Made by a program: the position numbers and the translations under genes. From the NCBI GenBank assembly GCA_963762255.1, contig CAVXKA010000003.1:1-64000 (forward strand): 64,000 nucleotides of DNA, written 5' to 3'. Positions 30,438 through 40,614 of this stretch are shown here, piece after piece; the first letter of the stretch is position 1; each line of letters begins with the position of its first letter. The stretch comes from Candidatus Eiseniibacteriota bacterium (lineage in GTDB: Bacteria; Eisenbacteria; RBG-16-71-46; JABDJR01). Below the pieces are notes generated by a model that saw only the letters and a program-made list of their open reading frames with translations, did not search any database and was not told where the DNA came from.

Positions 30438-30549
30438 GCAACCTCCCTGAACGGGTGCATCGTCGGATTGCGAGAACAACCCGCTAGCATAGCAGCGCCG
30501 GCGCGCCTCAGCACCGCACGGATCGCGGCCGCCTCGATTCGCCGCGGGG

Positions 30550-31782
30550 TCAGGGGCGGGGGCGACCGGGGGCGAAGGCCACGGCGATCGAGGTGGGGAA
30601 AGCGAGCGGCTCGCTCCGTGAAAGCTCGGTCCCGTCGCGGCGCATGCGGATGACCCTCCCCAGTCCCGGGTCGGCGATCCAGAGCGTCCCGCCATCCGGG
30701 GAGACGGCCATCGAGGAGGGCGCCGTAAGCCCCGTGATCTCTGCGAGCGCAGACCCGTCGGGATCGAAGAGCGCCACGCTGCGGCGCACGCGGTCGACGG
30801 CCCACACGCTGCCGGCCACGACCGGATCGGGGTAGAGCGCCACGACGCCGGGACGGTCGTCGATGCGAGCGAGGATGTCTCCTGCGGCCGAAATCCGGAC
30901 CAGCGCCTCACCGGCGCGATCCGCCACCCAGAATCCCCCGTCCGGCGCGGCGCTGACGGCGACCGGCTCCGCGGCGGTGGAGTCGCGACGGGTCACCCCG
31001 ACGTTGCGCTCGAGCCGCGCGACTACCCCGTCGCGATCGGCCACCCACACGGCGTTCTCCCCCGCCGCGGCGAGATCGATGATCTGCACGAAGGATGAGT
31101 CGGACCAGACGATTCCCCCCGCATCATCGACGAAATGAACGGCTCCCGCGCGAGCGTCGGCCACCCACCATCCCTCGAAGACGCGCAGCGCGACCAACGG
31201 CCCCAGCAGGGAGTCGTTGCTCCAGCGCTCGACCCCGTCACGATCGATGAGACGCACCCTCCCCGCATAGAACTCGCTCAAGAGGGCGAACCCGGAATCG
31301 GGATCGGCAAAGACCGCGTTCCCCGACGGGTAGCCGGTGCGCGATCTTCGGCTCCGTCCGTCGGGGGTCAACCGGGTGAGGATTCCCGAGCCGTCTTCGA
31401 ACACCCACACCACCTCGGGTCCCGGTTCCGCGATGACCACGGGGAGGTCGAGAACGCGCGCAGTCTCGAGAACGAGATCGAGTCGGTATCGCCGCTCCTC
31501 GCCGTTGGCAAGCCCCGCGTGGCGGAACGTCCCCTCTCCGGTCGACGTCCGCGCGAGAACGGTTTCGGTGTCGGCGTCGACGAGGCGGACCTCCCGCAGA
31601 TCGTCGTAGCCCGGGACATCCCACGCCACATCCACCGCACCGTCGTCGGCGAGGGCGGAGAGCCATGCAGGTTTTCCGTGCGTGTCGGGATTGTCGGGGT
31701 CGAGCGGGTTGGCCGCGTCGCGCGTGGTGCACCCCGCAACCAGAACGCAGAGCAGGACGGCAAGAGAGCGGCGCTTCGTCAC
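30550..31782 (-). CDS. Lipoprotein with an FN3-like domain and NHL-type beta-propeller
   Basis: Lipobox LVAG-C, NPLDPDNP, and repeated WVAD/WIAD propeller motifs. Confidence 0.7.
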   Translation of the reverse strand: MTKRRSLAVLLCVLVAGCTTRDAANPLDPDNPDTHGKPAWLSALADDGAVDVAWDVPGYDDLREVRLVDADTETVLARTSTGEGTFRHAGLANGEERRYRLDLVLETARVLDLPVVIAEPGPEVVWVFEDGSGILTRLTPDGRSRRSRTGYPSGNAVFADPDSGFALLSEFYAGRVRLIDRDGVERWSNDSLLGPLVALRVFEGWWVADARAGAVHFVDDAGGIVWSDSSFVQIIDLAAAGENAVWVADRDGVVARLERNVGVTRRDSTAAEPVAVSAAPDGGFWVADRAGEALVRISAAGDILARIDDRPGVVALYPDPVVAGSVWAVDRVRRSVALFDPDGSALAEITGLTAPSSMAVSPDGGTLWIADPGLGRVIRMRRDGTELSRSEPLAFPTSIAVAFAPGRPRP

Positions 31783-32309
31783 GGCGCCACCCGAATGCCG
31801 ACTTCGACGCCCGCGGCGTCCGCGCGTACGATCGGTTCGCCCCGCGTCGGAATCAGCGGACGCTTCTCCTCGCGCGTGAGGAAGTAGAACAACGCGAGAA
31901 ACGAAACCTGCGCCGTCCCCCATCCGATCAGCGAGGCGCGGTCGTAGCGCTGCGCGGATCGGCGCGCCTCCCTCGCCCGCGCGGGATCGGCCAGGCGCAG
32001 ATAGTCCTCGTACCGATCGTCGGCTTTGCTCTTGAGCCAGGCGGCGAGACCGACCCCCGCGGCGAGCCCGACCCCTGAAGCCACGATTCCCGCGATGGGA
32101 CGCGACGATGCAGAAGGCAGCGCGAATGCGCGCGCGCTGTCCGCGGGTGCCGCCCCGGGATACGCGAGCGCTGCGGGCGAGGATTCCGGGTATGCAAGCG
32201 ATGCCTGCGACTTGGCCGGCGGAGCGGCGACGCCCATCGCCGGGATCGCGAGCGCGCAGACCTGCGCGATCAGGCAGATGAGGGCGGCCCGGCACCGGCG
32301 CGATTTCAT
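31779..32309 (-). CDS. Hypothetical exported/membrane protein
   Basis: Signal-like N-terminus, two hydrophobic segments around ADDRYEDY; 4-bp overlaps with both neighbours. Confidence 0.65.
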   Translation of the reverse strand: MKSRRCRAALICLIAQVCALAIPAMGVAAPPAKSQASLAYPESSPAALAYPGAAPADSARAFALPSASSRPIAGIVASGVGLAAGVGLAAWLKSKADDRYEDYLRLADPARAREARRSAQRYDRASLIGWGTAQVSFLALFYFLTREEKRPLIPTRGEPIVRADAAGVEVGIRVAP

Positions 32310-33388
32310 CGTTCTCTCCGGTAGACGATCAAGGTTCCCTTGGCTCCGCCTGCGACGAGGAAATCCCCGAGGACGAGCGGTGCGGCCAGGAGCAGTTCCG
32401 AATGATGATACGTCGCGCCCGGCTGCCCGTCGGCTCCGACCGCGGCCAGGGTCCCGCGCGGGCAGGCCTGGACCACGCCATCGCCGTCCGGCGCGGGCGG
32501 CGTCACCAGCGGCGACGCCAGCGCGCGCGACCACACGATCTCCAGTCCGGCGGCGCGAAGTCGCAGGAGGCGACCGTCGCGCAACGCGACGGAGACCGAT
32601 TCGCCGAACACGATCGGAGGTCCGGCCGGCGCGCCTCCCAGATCCCGCCGGGCGATCGGCTCGCCGGTCAACGGATCGAGGAGCATGAGTTCGCCCGTCT
32701 CGGTCAGCGCGGCGAACGGATCGCCGCTCGGCGCCAACCACGGAAGCCCGCCGAGGCTCCGTCCCCACACGCGCTTCCCCGTGGCCAGATCGAGCGCCAC
32801 CAGCGAGTCGGGGCGCACCGGCACCAGGACGCTCCCCTCGGCGGGCCGCACGACCGGAGGCCTCCAACCCGCACCGGGAAGACGCGCCTCCCATCGACGC
32901 GCACCGGTGGCCGCGTCCAGGCGCACGATGCGCCCGCCGCGCGCGACGACCACCAACGCGGTGTCCGCTGCTGCAGGGACCGCCGGAAACGCGAAGGACT
33001 CCTTCCAGAGAACTTCGCCGGTCTCGAGGTCCACTCCCTCCACGATGTAGCGCGGAGCGTCGGTGGCGACCACCACTGTCGACCCGCACACGAGCGGACT
33101 CGCCATGGGCGATGAGAAGAGCTTGCACTTCCAGCGCTCTGCACCGTCGTCCAGAGCGAGCCGCCACAACTTGCCGTCCGTGGTGGCGGCGAGGAGCGTG
33201 CCTCGGGCGACGACCGGCGGGTGCTCGAGCGCGCGACCGAGGTCTCGTGACCACACCCGCGCGGGGCCCGTTGCGTCCGGCATGCCGAGCGGATCTCGCA
33301 ACTCAAGATCGGGCCGCCCCGCGCAGCCGGCCAGCGCCGCCGCCGCCGCGCACGCGAGGACGACCTTCCTAGTAGTTGTAGCCCACAA
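32306..33388 (-). CDS. PQQ-like beta-propeller lipoprotein (BamB-like)
   Basis: GGAGGT RBS and TTG start, lipobox LAG-C, repeated 'LD..TG...W' PQQ-type repeats. Confidence 0.8.
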   Translation of the reverse strand: MWATTTRKVVLACAAAAALAGCAGRPDLELRDPLGMPDATGPARVWSRDLGRALEHPPVVARGTLLAATTDGKLWRLALDDGAERWKCKLFSSPMASPLVCGSTVVVATDAPRYIVEGVDLETGEVLWKESFAFPAVPAAADTALVVVARGGRIVRLDAATGARRWEARLPGAGWRPPVVRPAEGSVLVPVRPDSLVALDLATGKRVWGRSLGGLPWLAPSGDPFAALTETGELMLLDPLTGEPIARRDLGGAPAGPPIVFGESVSVALRDGRLLRLRAAGLEIVWSRALASPLVTPPAPDGDGVVQACPRGTLAAVGADGQPGATYHHSELLLAAPLVLGDFLVAGGAKGTLIVYRRER

Positions 33389-36179
33389 AGAAGTCCACCT
33401 CCGTGCGGGGCCACACCCGCGTGAAGTCGGTGCGCTTGGCCAGGTCGAGCCGCAGCACCAGGAAGCCTGCGAGGTTCGTTCGGAACCCCAGCCCGAAGCT
33501 CCCCAAGACGTCGTCGACGTGCTCCCCTTCCTCCCACGCTTGCCCGGCGTCGAGGAACAGCGCGCCCTGCACTCCGGGCAGTCCGATCGCGCCGATGGGA
33601 AGCCCGAGCACGATGCCGTCCAACAATGGGAACCGCCATTCCTGGTTGAGGAGCACCGCGCGCGTTCCAACCAGTCCACGCCGCGGATAGCCGCGGAAGG
33701 ACCACGAGCCGCCGAGCAGAAACCGCTGCGGAAGCGATCCCTCGGAGATACGGCCCTGCGCGCGCACCGCGTAGGCGGTGCGCAGCCCCGTGCGGAAGTA
33801 GCGCCGCACGTCCACCAGCGCGAAGACGTTCTCGACTTCCACCCGCTCCAGGTTCGTGTGAAGCCCGACGGTCAGGTTGGTCCGCATGCCGTCGATGGGG
33901 CCGGTGTCGAACCACAGCGAGGTGTCGTGGACATAGGAGAGCGTGTTCTGAACCAGCACCGCCGAGCGCGCGGGGCGGAACGAGTCGGCCTCGCGATCGG
34001 AGTGAAGGAAGCCGAGGCTCGATTCGATGCGGGTGTAGCGGGAGTACGGATAGGAGCCGATCACCGAGGCCCCCGCGCGCCGCTCGAAGTACCACTGCCC
34101 CAACTCATCGAGAAAATCCCCCGCGAAGTGATAGGCGGAGACTCCATAGTTGAAGCGGCGCTTCATATTGAAGTAGGTCACCCCCAGGTTGAAGCGACTC
34201 ACGAGATCGCCGAACTCCTGCGCGGTGTTCGCCACCTGCACGAAGATGAGCCGATCCCCGAGTTGATCGGAGAAGAGCGCCTGCAACCCTTCCGCCGACC
34301 CCACCGAGGGCTCGACGGCGATGCCCCCCTGCGCGAGGTCGAGCGTGAACCGACTTCGATAGGGCGACTCGCGGGCGACCAGGCTGTCGGCGCCCCCGCG
34401 CCAGGTCCAACCGGGCCATCTGAGCGCGGGGAGGCTCGGCGCCAGCGTGTCCCCCTTGGCCTCGACGCGTCCCTTGTAGATCCCGAATCGCCCTTTCGCC
34501 ATGCCGGTGAAGAGGAGTTCGCGGCCGTTCGGACGCCACACCGGGTCGGTCGCTCCGCCCAGGAGCGCTGTCACGCGTGTCGATGCGCCTGTCGAGTCGG
34601 CCACATAGATCTGCGAGAACCCCTCGCGCGTGGACGCGTACGCGAGTCGCTCCCCGTCCCACGACCAGGACGGCGCACTGTCCTCCCAGCGCCCGAAGGT
34701 GAACGGCTTCACCGTCCCCGCGGCCACGTCCAGGAGAAAGATGTTGCGCGCCCCCTCCTCACCCCATGGCACGCGGTCGGAGACGAAGGCGATCGTTCGC
34801 CCGTCCGGGGACCAGGCGGGGTCGTCGTCCTGATAGCGATCCGCCGTGACGGGACGCAGCGACTGGGTGTCCAGGTCGAAGAGGTAGAGATCCTGCATCC
34901 CCAGACCGGAGAGCCCCACGAACACGACCTCGCGGCCGTCGGGACGGAACGCGGGCGAACGCAGAGAGATCAGCCCCTCGAACTGCCACTTCCCCACCAG
35001 CCGGTCGGCGCGCAGGTCGTAGAGGAAGAGGCCGTCCCTCTCGTGGAACTTGCTCACGAAGGCGAGCAATCCGTCCTTGCTGATCGACATCCGGCTTTCG
35101 AACCCGTGGAATGACTCGAATTCCGGGCGGCGCTGTCCGCGCACCACTTCCTCGACATCCTTCTCCTCGCCGCGCAGCGACCCGCGGTAGATGTTCATGA
35201 AGCCGTTGCGGGGAGAGAGGAAGTAATAACGCTCGGAATCGAGCGCGCTCCCCGGCGGAGGAACGGCGGCCTGGAAGTTCGCGCCCTGCTTCACGGCGAG
35301 CGGAGCGGCGGCGAGCTTGAGCGGTTCGCCGCTCTCGACACGCGGGTAGTAGCGGCGGTGGAGATCGTGATGCCAGCGTTCGCTCAATTGATCGAGCGGC
35401 GTCTCGGTCACGCGCGCCAGCGCTTCCTCGAAAGTCGCCGACCGCCACAGTTCGTCATAGAGGGCCGGCACCACATCCGGCCCGAACTCGCGCTCCAGAA
35501 AGCGCACGAGATCCTGGCCGATCTTGTAGATGACGAACGTTCCCGAGTATCGCCAGAGGCCGTCGATGGGGGGCAAGAGATCGTTGAGAACGAGATCGCT
35601 CAGGAAGAGATCGCCGGTCGCATCCCATTCCGCCGACCAGGCCTCGGCCATCCCCTCCGTGAGCCAGAGCGGCGGGCCGGCGTACGCGTTCCGGTAGTGC
35701 AGGCGGAAATCCTCCGCCGAGCGGGAGAGCTGGAACACGTGCACCAGCTCGTGGTGGATCACCTGCTCGAAATCGTGGTAGGAGCCGTTGAAGGGAATCG
35801 CTACGCGGCCCTTGAGGAATTCGGTGAACCCGGCCACGCCTTCGGGGAGGAAATAGGACGAGACGTTCGTCTGCTGAAACTCGTGGTGACTGGAGTAGAT
35901 GATGAGCGGGATCTTCCGCGCGACCTCGTGGCGGAAGCGCGCCGAGATGTCGCCGTACGCCTCTTCGGCGATGCGCAGCGCGGTGTGAGCGAGGGTGTCC
36001 TCTCCGGTGTAGAAGTAGAGCTGCAGGTGCTCGCTCTCCAGCACGCGCCAGGTGAAGTCGACGTACTGGATCTTGTTCTTGCCGAAGAGCGCGGTCTGGG
36101 CATGCGCGGCGCGCGCGCCGGCGGACAGGGCGAGGGTGACGGCGAGGACGACGATGCCCCGACTGCCGAGACGGCTCAG
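33369..36179 (-). CDS. Omp85-family protein with an N-terminal gluzincin peptidase-like domain and TolB/WD40-like propeller; probable non-canonical CTG (or ATC) start
   Basis: The frame extends upstream of the track start to a signal peptide ending AHA-Q then FGKNKIQY; HHELVH...TEGMAE; PD40-like PAWSPDG repeats; C-terminal barrel with GGSWSFRGY and terminal VGYNY. Confidence 0.85.
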   Translation of the reverse strand: MSRLGSRGIVVLAVTLALSAGARAAHAQTALFGKNKIQYVDFTWRVLESEHLQLYFYTGEDTLAHTALRIAEEAYGDISARFRHEVARKIPLIIYSSHHEFQQTNVSSYFLPEGVAGFTEFLKGRVAIPFNGSYHDFEQVIHHELVHVFQLSRSAEDFRLHYRNAYAGPPLWLTEGMAEAWSAEWDATGDLFLSDLVLNDLLPPIDGLWRYSGTFVIYKIGQDLVRFLEREFGPDVVPALYDELWRSATFEEALARVTETPLDQLSERWHHDLHRRYYPRVESGEPLKLAAAPLAVKQGANFQAAVPPPGSALDSERYYFLSPRNGFMNIYRGSLRGEEKDVEEVVRGQRRPEFESFHGFESRMSISKDGLLAFVSKFHERDGLFLYDLRADRLVGKWQFEGLISLRSPAFRPDGREVVFVGLSGLGMQDLYLFDLDTQSLRPVTADRYQDDDPAWSPDGRTIAFVSDRVPWGEEGARNIFLLDVAAGTVKPFTFGRWEDSAPSWSWDGERLAYASTREGFSQIYVADSTGASTRVTALLGGATDPVWRPNGRELLFTGMAKGRFGIYKGRVEAKGDTLAPSLPALRWPGWTWRGGADSLVARESPYRSRFTLDLAQGGIAVEPSVGSAEGLQALFSDQLGDRLIFVQVANTAQEFGDLVSRFNLGVTYFNMKRRFNYGVSAYHFAGDFLDELGQWYFERRAGASVIGSYPYSRYTRIESSLGFLHSDREADSFRPARSAVLVQNTLSYVHDTSLWFDTGPIDGMRTNLTVGLHTNLERVEVENVFALVDVRRYFRTGLRTAYAVRAQGRISEGSLPQRFLLGGSWSFRGYPRRGLVGTRAVLLNQEWRFPLLDGIVLGLPIGAIGLPGVQGALFLDAGQAWEEGEHVDDVLGSFGLGFRTNLAGFLVLRLDLAKRTDFTRVWPRTEVDFFVGYNY

Positions 36180-36246
36180 GATGCGGTACCTCCTCGAACG
36201 ACGGTCGGCCGCGCGAGGGGTGCGCGACGCAAAAGAAAGATCGCGG

Positions 36247-36630
36247 CCGAGACTTCCATAAGCCGAATTCTGTCGAGCCCGAGGCCTCTTTGGGAAGCCC
36301 CGAGCCGGATGGTCATTTCTCTAGGAGGCGCGTTACCGCGCCCCTCAAGCGACCTACCCGAGGGTCATAGCGAGGCGGGCCACCTCATCCCCTCCTATTT
36401 GGTCTTGCTCCGGGTGGGGTTTACCGAGCCGCCGGAGTCGCCCCCGACGCTGGTGAGCTCTTACCTCACCGTTTCACCCTTACCGGCGGGCTTGCGCCCG
36501 CAGGCGGTTTGCTTTCTGTTGCACTTTCCGTGGGATCGCTCCCCCTGGGAGTTATCCAGCACCCTGCCCTGTGGAGTTCGGACTTTCCTCAGCGCCCTCA
36601 AGGAGCGCCGCGACCATCTGGAAGTCTCGG
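36247..36630 (-). ncRNA. rnpB: RNase P RNA (type A)
   Basis: Minus strand GAGGAAAGTCCG, AGTGCAACAGAAAG, GGTGAAACGG, GGTAAACCCC and ACAGAATTCGGCTTAT; terminal P1 pairing CCGAGACTTCC / GGAAGTCTCGG. Confidence 0.97.
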
Positions 36631-37094
36631 TTCGCGAGAGCCTTGCGGCTCGCGCCTGAGTATACGCTAGAAGTTGCGGGGATGGGGCACCAGGGAGCCG
36701 TCGGGTACCGCCCTGTTCAGTTCGTGTCGATCCGCGCGAACGTGTCAAAGATCACCCGGGTGAGCATCGTGTCCAGCCGAGCGGACTGTTGCTTGCGCGG
36801 GCGCGGCGCAGCCGGATCGCCCCGCGAACGACGAAGGGCCTCTGAGGCGCGGCGGGCGCGACGCGGCGCCGTTGAACTAACGCCGGGCGGCACGAAATTG
36901 AAACGCAGAAATGCGCCATTTTCCCCGGGGAAAGTGCGCCGCGAAGCGGGGGCCCGCCGCGGCGAAGGAGCGAGCGATGAACGCTCCAGCGGAGCGTTCG
37001 CGCGAGCGCGCCCGAGGAGGGCGCGGGGCGAGATGGCGAGAGCCGCGCTCCGCGCAACGCGCGGGGCGAGACGGCGACAGTCGCGCCCGCGTGC

Positions 37095-37505
37095 CTAGCG
37101 CCGCTTGTCCAGCGCCTCGTTCGCCAGCTCGTCCGCACGGGCGTTCTCTTCGCGCGGCACGTGCCGGAACTTCGCGACCAGGAAGCGCGTGAGCTTGCGG
37201 CGCACCTGCTCGTTCAGGAACTTCATCTTCGCGTCGCGCACCTTGTACTCGCCGTTCATCTGCTTGACGATCAACTCGGAGTCGAGCAGGAACTCGGCAT
37301 GGCGCGCGCCGAGGTCGATAAGCAGCTCCACCGCGCGCAGGAGTGCGCGATACTCGGCCACGTTGTTCGTGGCGAAACCGATCGCCTCCGAGGCGGTGGC
37401 GATCTCGGTTCCCGCCTCGTCCTCGATCGTCACCCCGAGCGCGGAGGGGCCGGGGTTTCCCCGCGAGGCCCCGTCGGTGCGTGCGCGATAGAGCGGAAAA
37501 CTCAA
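37095..37505 (-). CDS. rnhA: Ribonuclease HI family protein
   Basis: TDGASRGNPG, TNNVAEY, LDSELIVKQ, HVPREENARADELAN (all four acidic residues present). Confidence 0.9.
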   Translation of the reverse strand: MSFPLYRARTDGASRGNPGPSALGVTIEDEAGTEIATASEAIGFATNNVAEYRALLRAVELLIDLGARHAEFLLDSELIVKQMNGEYKVRDAKMKFLNEQVRRKLTRFLVAKFRHVPREENARADELANEALDKRR

Positions 37506-38227
37506 AAGGTAGCCTCGGCCACGTCCCACACCAGGAACCGGCCGCAGCTCTCGCAGGTGTACACCACCAGTTCCTTGCGAATCTCGTTCACCTTCTGCGG
37601 CGGCTGCTGCGTGAAGCACCCGCCGCAGGAGCCGCGCACGATCGGGACCACCGCGGTGCCGCGGTTGCGGACGCGGACGGCGTCGTAGCGGCTCAAGAGC
37701 TTGGGATCGACCGAGGTCACCGCGGTCAGCCGCTGGGCCTGGAGTGCCGCCAGCCGCTTGCGATCCTCCTCGGAACGCTCCACCAACTCCTTCTCGCGCG
37801 CCTTCACCGCTTCCGTCACGTGCACAAGGTCGTCCTTGATCTGCTTCACCCGCTTCGTCGCGCCATCCTCCACCTCGAACGAGGCCAGAACCTGATCCTC
37901 CAGCTCGGATCGGCGGTGCTTCTCGTGCGCGATCTGGTGGTTGAGGGCGGTGTACTCCTCGTTGGTCTTCACGCTCAACTTCTGGGTCTCGAATTTGGCC
38001 ACGTTCTGCTCGGCGGTCTTGATCTCCACTTCGAGGGCCCGGCGCTGTTTGAGGACCTCCTGCAGAGCGGCATCGGCGGCCTTGAGCTGGGCCTCCACCG
38101 CTTGCTGGTCCTCGCGGGCCGCTTCGAGGTTGAGGGGAAGCTGAGCCAGCTCCTCCTCCAACCCCTTGATGCCTAGATCGATCGCTTGCAGGACACGAAG
38201 GCTTTCCAGAGTCTCACTTACGGACAA
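37502..38227 (-). CDS. Coiled-coil C4 zinc-ribbon protein (CT398/FlgZ-like)
   Basis: Long coiled coil with KTNEEYTAL, then CGGC...CESCGR; AAGGAG RBS before TTG. Confidence 0.9.
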   Translation of the reverse strand: MSVSETLESLRVLQAIDLGIKGLEEELAQLPLNLEAAREDQQAVEAQLKAADAALQEVLKQRRALEVEIKTAEQNVAKFETQKLSVKTNEEYTALNHQIAHEKHRRSELEDQVLASFEVEDGATKRVKQIKDDLVHVTEAVKAREKELVERSEEDRKRLAALQAQRLTAVTSVDPKLLSRYDAVRVRNRGTAVVPIVRGSCGGCFTQQPPQKVNEIRKELVVYTCESCGRFLVWDVAEATF

Positions 38228-38320
38228 GGCGGTTCTCCTTTGCACGGGGGACAGGCAAGGTGGACCCGGGTGTCGGGAACCCGAGTCGGAGACCCGGCAT
38301 TCGGGCACAAGAAGGGGCAC

Positions 38321-38351
38321 AAAAAAAACGTGCGCCCGAGGGCACACGTTT
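38321..38351 (-). terminator. Rho-independent terminator downstream of tRNA-Val
   Basis: Minus strand AAACGTGTGCCC-TCG-GGCGCACG followed by T8. Confidence 0.75.
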
Positions 38352-38466
38352 GGGGGGGGATCCGCACCCGCGCCGCACCGCGCTTGGGGCGGGCGGACCG
38401 GGCCGGCGTACCGCGCCGCTCGCAGCAGGCTGGGGATCCCCGCGCCTCGAGAGGCGCAGCAAAATA

Positions 38467-38542
38467 TGGTGGGCGAAAGAGGACTTGAACCTCTGACCCC
38501 GTGCATGTGAGGCACGTGCTCTGCCAACTGAGCTACTCGCCC
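38467..38542 (-). tRNA. tRNA-Val(CAC)
   Basis: 76-nt cloverleaf GGGCGAGTAGCTCAG...CGTGC-CTCACAT-GCACG...GGTTCAAGTCC...TCGCCCACCA. Confidence 0.96.
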
Positions 38543-38556
38543 GCATAGAGCGGAAG

Positions 38557-38585
38557 ACTGTAGCACGCGTTCCCGGGTCTGACAA
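38557..38585 (-). promoter_or_regulatory. Sigma70-type promoter of tRNA-Val
   Basis: Minus strand TTGTCA-N17-TACAGT. Confidence 0.65.
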
Positions 38586-38657
38586 GGAGGCCGCGCCCGG
38601 GATCGGCCTCCGCGAGCCCGTGGGGCGGGCCCGAGTCACCGTAGGCGGCCGGAAACC

Positions 38658-40420
38658 TCAGGGCTCCGCCTCCGGCTCCCGCTCCGGTGCGGGGCCCTCC
38701 CGGCGTAACAGATAGACGACCCGCTCCCGCGAGCGGTTCCAGACCTCGGCGCGCTCCTCGAAGAACGCGGTCACCTGCTGCCAGGCCTCGGTGGGCACGC
38801 CGGCACGATGCAGAACGAAAAACGCGACGCCGATGCGTCGCATATCGTCCAGAGCGGCGCCCGCCGTGGCCGCGTGGGTCAGACGGCCGCGAAGGTCCAG
38901 CTTCGCTTCCAACTCCAACGCGGGCATGGATACGCGTGGAAGATGGCCGCTCACGAGCGGACGCCGGTGCACGATCTGGCGGAAGGCGTAGATGTTCGGA
39001 TTCTCCCGCTGCAACGTGAGCTCGAACACCGCCCCCGGCGAGGGATCCTCGAGCATCTCGACGTAGAGGTTCTCCGTGCGGACGGCGTCGTATCCGCGCG
39101 GAATCACCAGCGATTCAGCGAGTGCGAGCGGCACGAGGAGATACGCGAGCCTCCCCCACCTTCCGCGCACCGCCGCGAAGCCCGCCGCAACGAGCGGGGC
39201 CAGGGCGATGAAGATCATCGGGACGAATCGCGAGGGGACTCGGCAGGCGCCTACGAACGGGAAGATCTTCTCGAGCGCGGCGTAGAGGGAGATGGGCGCG
39301 TCGAGGCGCTTCCCGCCGATCCAGACTCCCGGTCCCAGCGCAAGCAACAACCCGGTGGCGGCGGTGAGGAGCAGCACGAGCCCGGGGCGTCCCATCCGGC
39401 GCGCGCCCAGGACGGCCAGCACGGTGAAGACGATCCCCAGGAACACCTCGTTCCCGCCGACGCCGTGAAGGCGACCCGCCCACGCGCGCGGAGACCCCGC
39501 CAAGGAGCGCCGCCCTGCGGCGGCGTAACGAATCCCAAGAGGTCCGGAGACCAGCGGGTAAGTTCTTCCGCCGACCAGGTTTGTGCCCGAGACTTCACAA
39601 GCCACACCAACCATTCCCAGATGAAGGGAAGGGTCCCGATCGCGACCGCGGCGCCCGCGACGGGGATGCGCCAGCGCCAGCCCGTGCGGATCCGACTCCG
39701 ATCCAGGATCGCCGTCCAGATCAGCCATACGCCGATCAAGGTCGCGGTCACCGCGAGGTTGGTGAAGCTCGTTCCGGCAAGACCGGCGCCGCACCCGACC
39801 AGCGCGAGGAGGGTCCACCCCGGCTTGCGCTCTTGTGCGCGCGGGCCTCCCATGCCGAAGTCGAAGATCCACGGCGTGACGGCCAGCGCGGCGAGCGGGA
39901 TCCAGTAGTTGGAGAGGAGGTTCAGGTGCTCGAGGTGATGGATGCGAAACGGCGAGAAGGCGACCAGGAGCCCGGCCAGCATCGCGCCCGCCGTGGAGCC
40001 GGACAGGCGGCGCGCGAAGAGGAAGGTCGCGACTCCGCAGAGCACGAAGGTGACCGACACCCAGAGGTTGTGAGCGAAGGCGGCAGTGGCGATGGAGTTG
40101 GAGATCGCGAAGAACGGCACGGAGAGGAGCCCGTAGAGCGGACCGAACTCGGTGAAGGAGAGGCTCGTTCCCGCCGGGTAGTAGAGCAGGTTCGTGAAGA
40201 AGATGCTGCGGCCCTGGGAGATCGCCTCGTGGACCCACCACAGGTTCCAGAAGTCCGCGAAGTTGTCGCCGGAGAAGCTGCGGAAGGTGCGGTGGGCAAG
40301 GTCGGGCATCACCGCGGAGAGCACGACGAGGGTCGCGACGACGTACACGGCGAGTGCGACGAGATGGGGACTCGTCTGACGCCCGCCGGCGCGGGTCTTG
40401 TCGCCGTTCGCTCGTGCCAA
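38658..40420 (-). CDS. Polytopic membrane protein, GT-C/YfhO-like putative glycosyltransferase (frameshift ~39470)
   Basis: SGD...FWNLWWV, FFTNLLYYPAGTSL, AFSPFRIHHLEHLNL; the second frame has EVFLG, LALGP, RVPSRF, HRRPLVSG. Confidence 0.7.
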
Positions 40421-40441
40421 CCGTCACCCCGGAGAGAAGAG

Positions 40442-40518
40442 TGGTGGGCCCAGTTGGACTCGAACCAACGACCAGCGGTTTATGAGACCGCCGCTCTAAC
40501 CACCTGAGCTATGGGCCC
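40442..40518 (-). tRNA. tRNA with CAT anticodon, most likely tRNA-Ile2 (lysidine)
   Basis: 77 nt GGGCCCATAGCTCAG...GCGGT-CTCATAA-ACCGC...TGGGCCCACCA; paired 1:72 and no three G:C anticodon pairs, so not an initiator; the acceptor stem is Ile2-like. Confidence 0.9.
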
Positions 40519-40614
40519 GTCGTAACGCGGTAGAGGAGGCTAACAGGCGCACCGGGCCCCATCAACTCAGCGATGCCGGCGTGTACAAGTTCGGGAATTC
40601 CCCGACGCCGCCCC

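Noticed and set aside
36640-37094. GC-rich spacer between rnhA and rnpB as a new ncRNA or small gene
   Set aside because: It holds promoter-like TATACT and TTGACA elements and short hairpins, but I could not support any recognisable RNA family or credible ORF.
38467-40518. Either tRNA as tRNA-Sec supporting the selenoprotein
   Set aside because: The anticodons are CAC and CAT with short variable arms. No selC is present in this window, so Sec machinery remains unverified.
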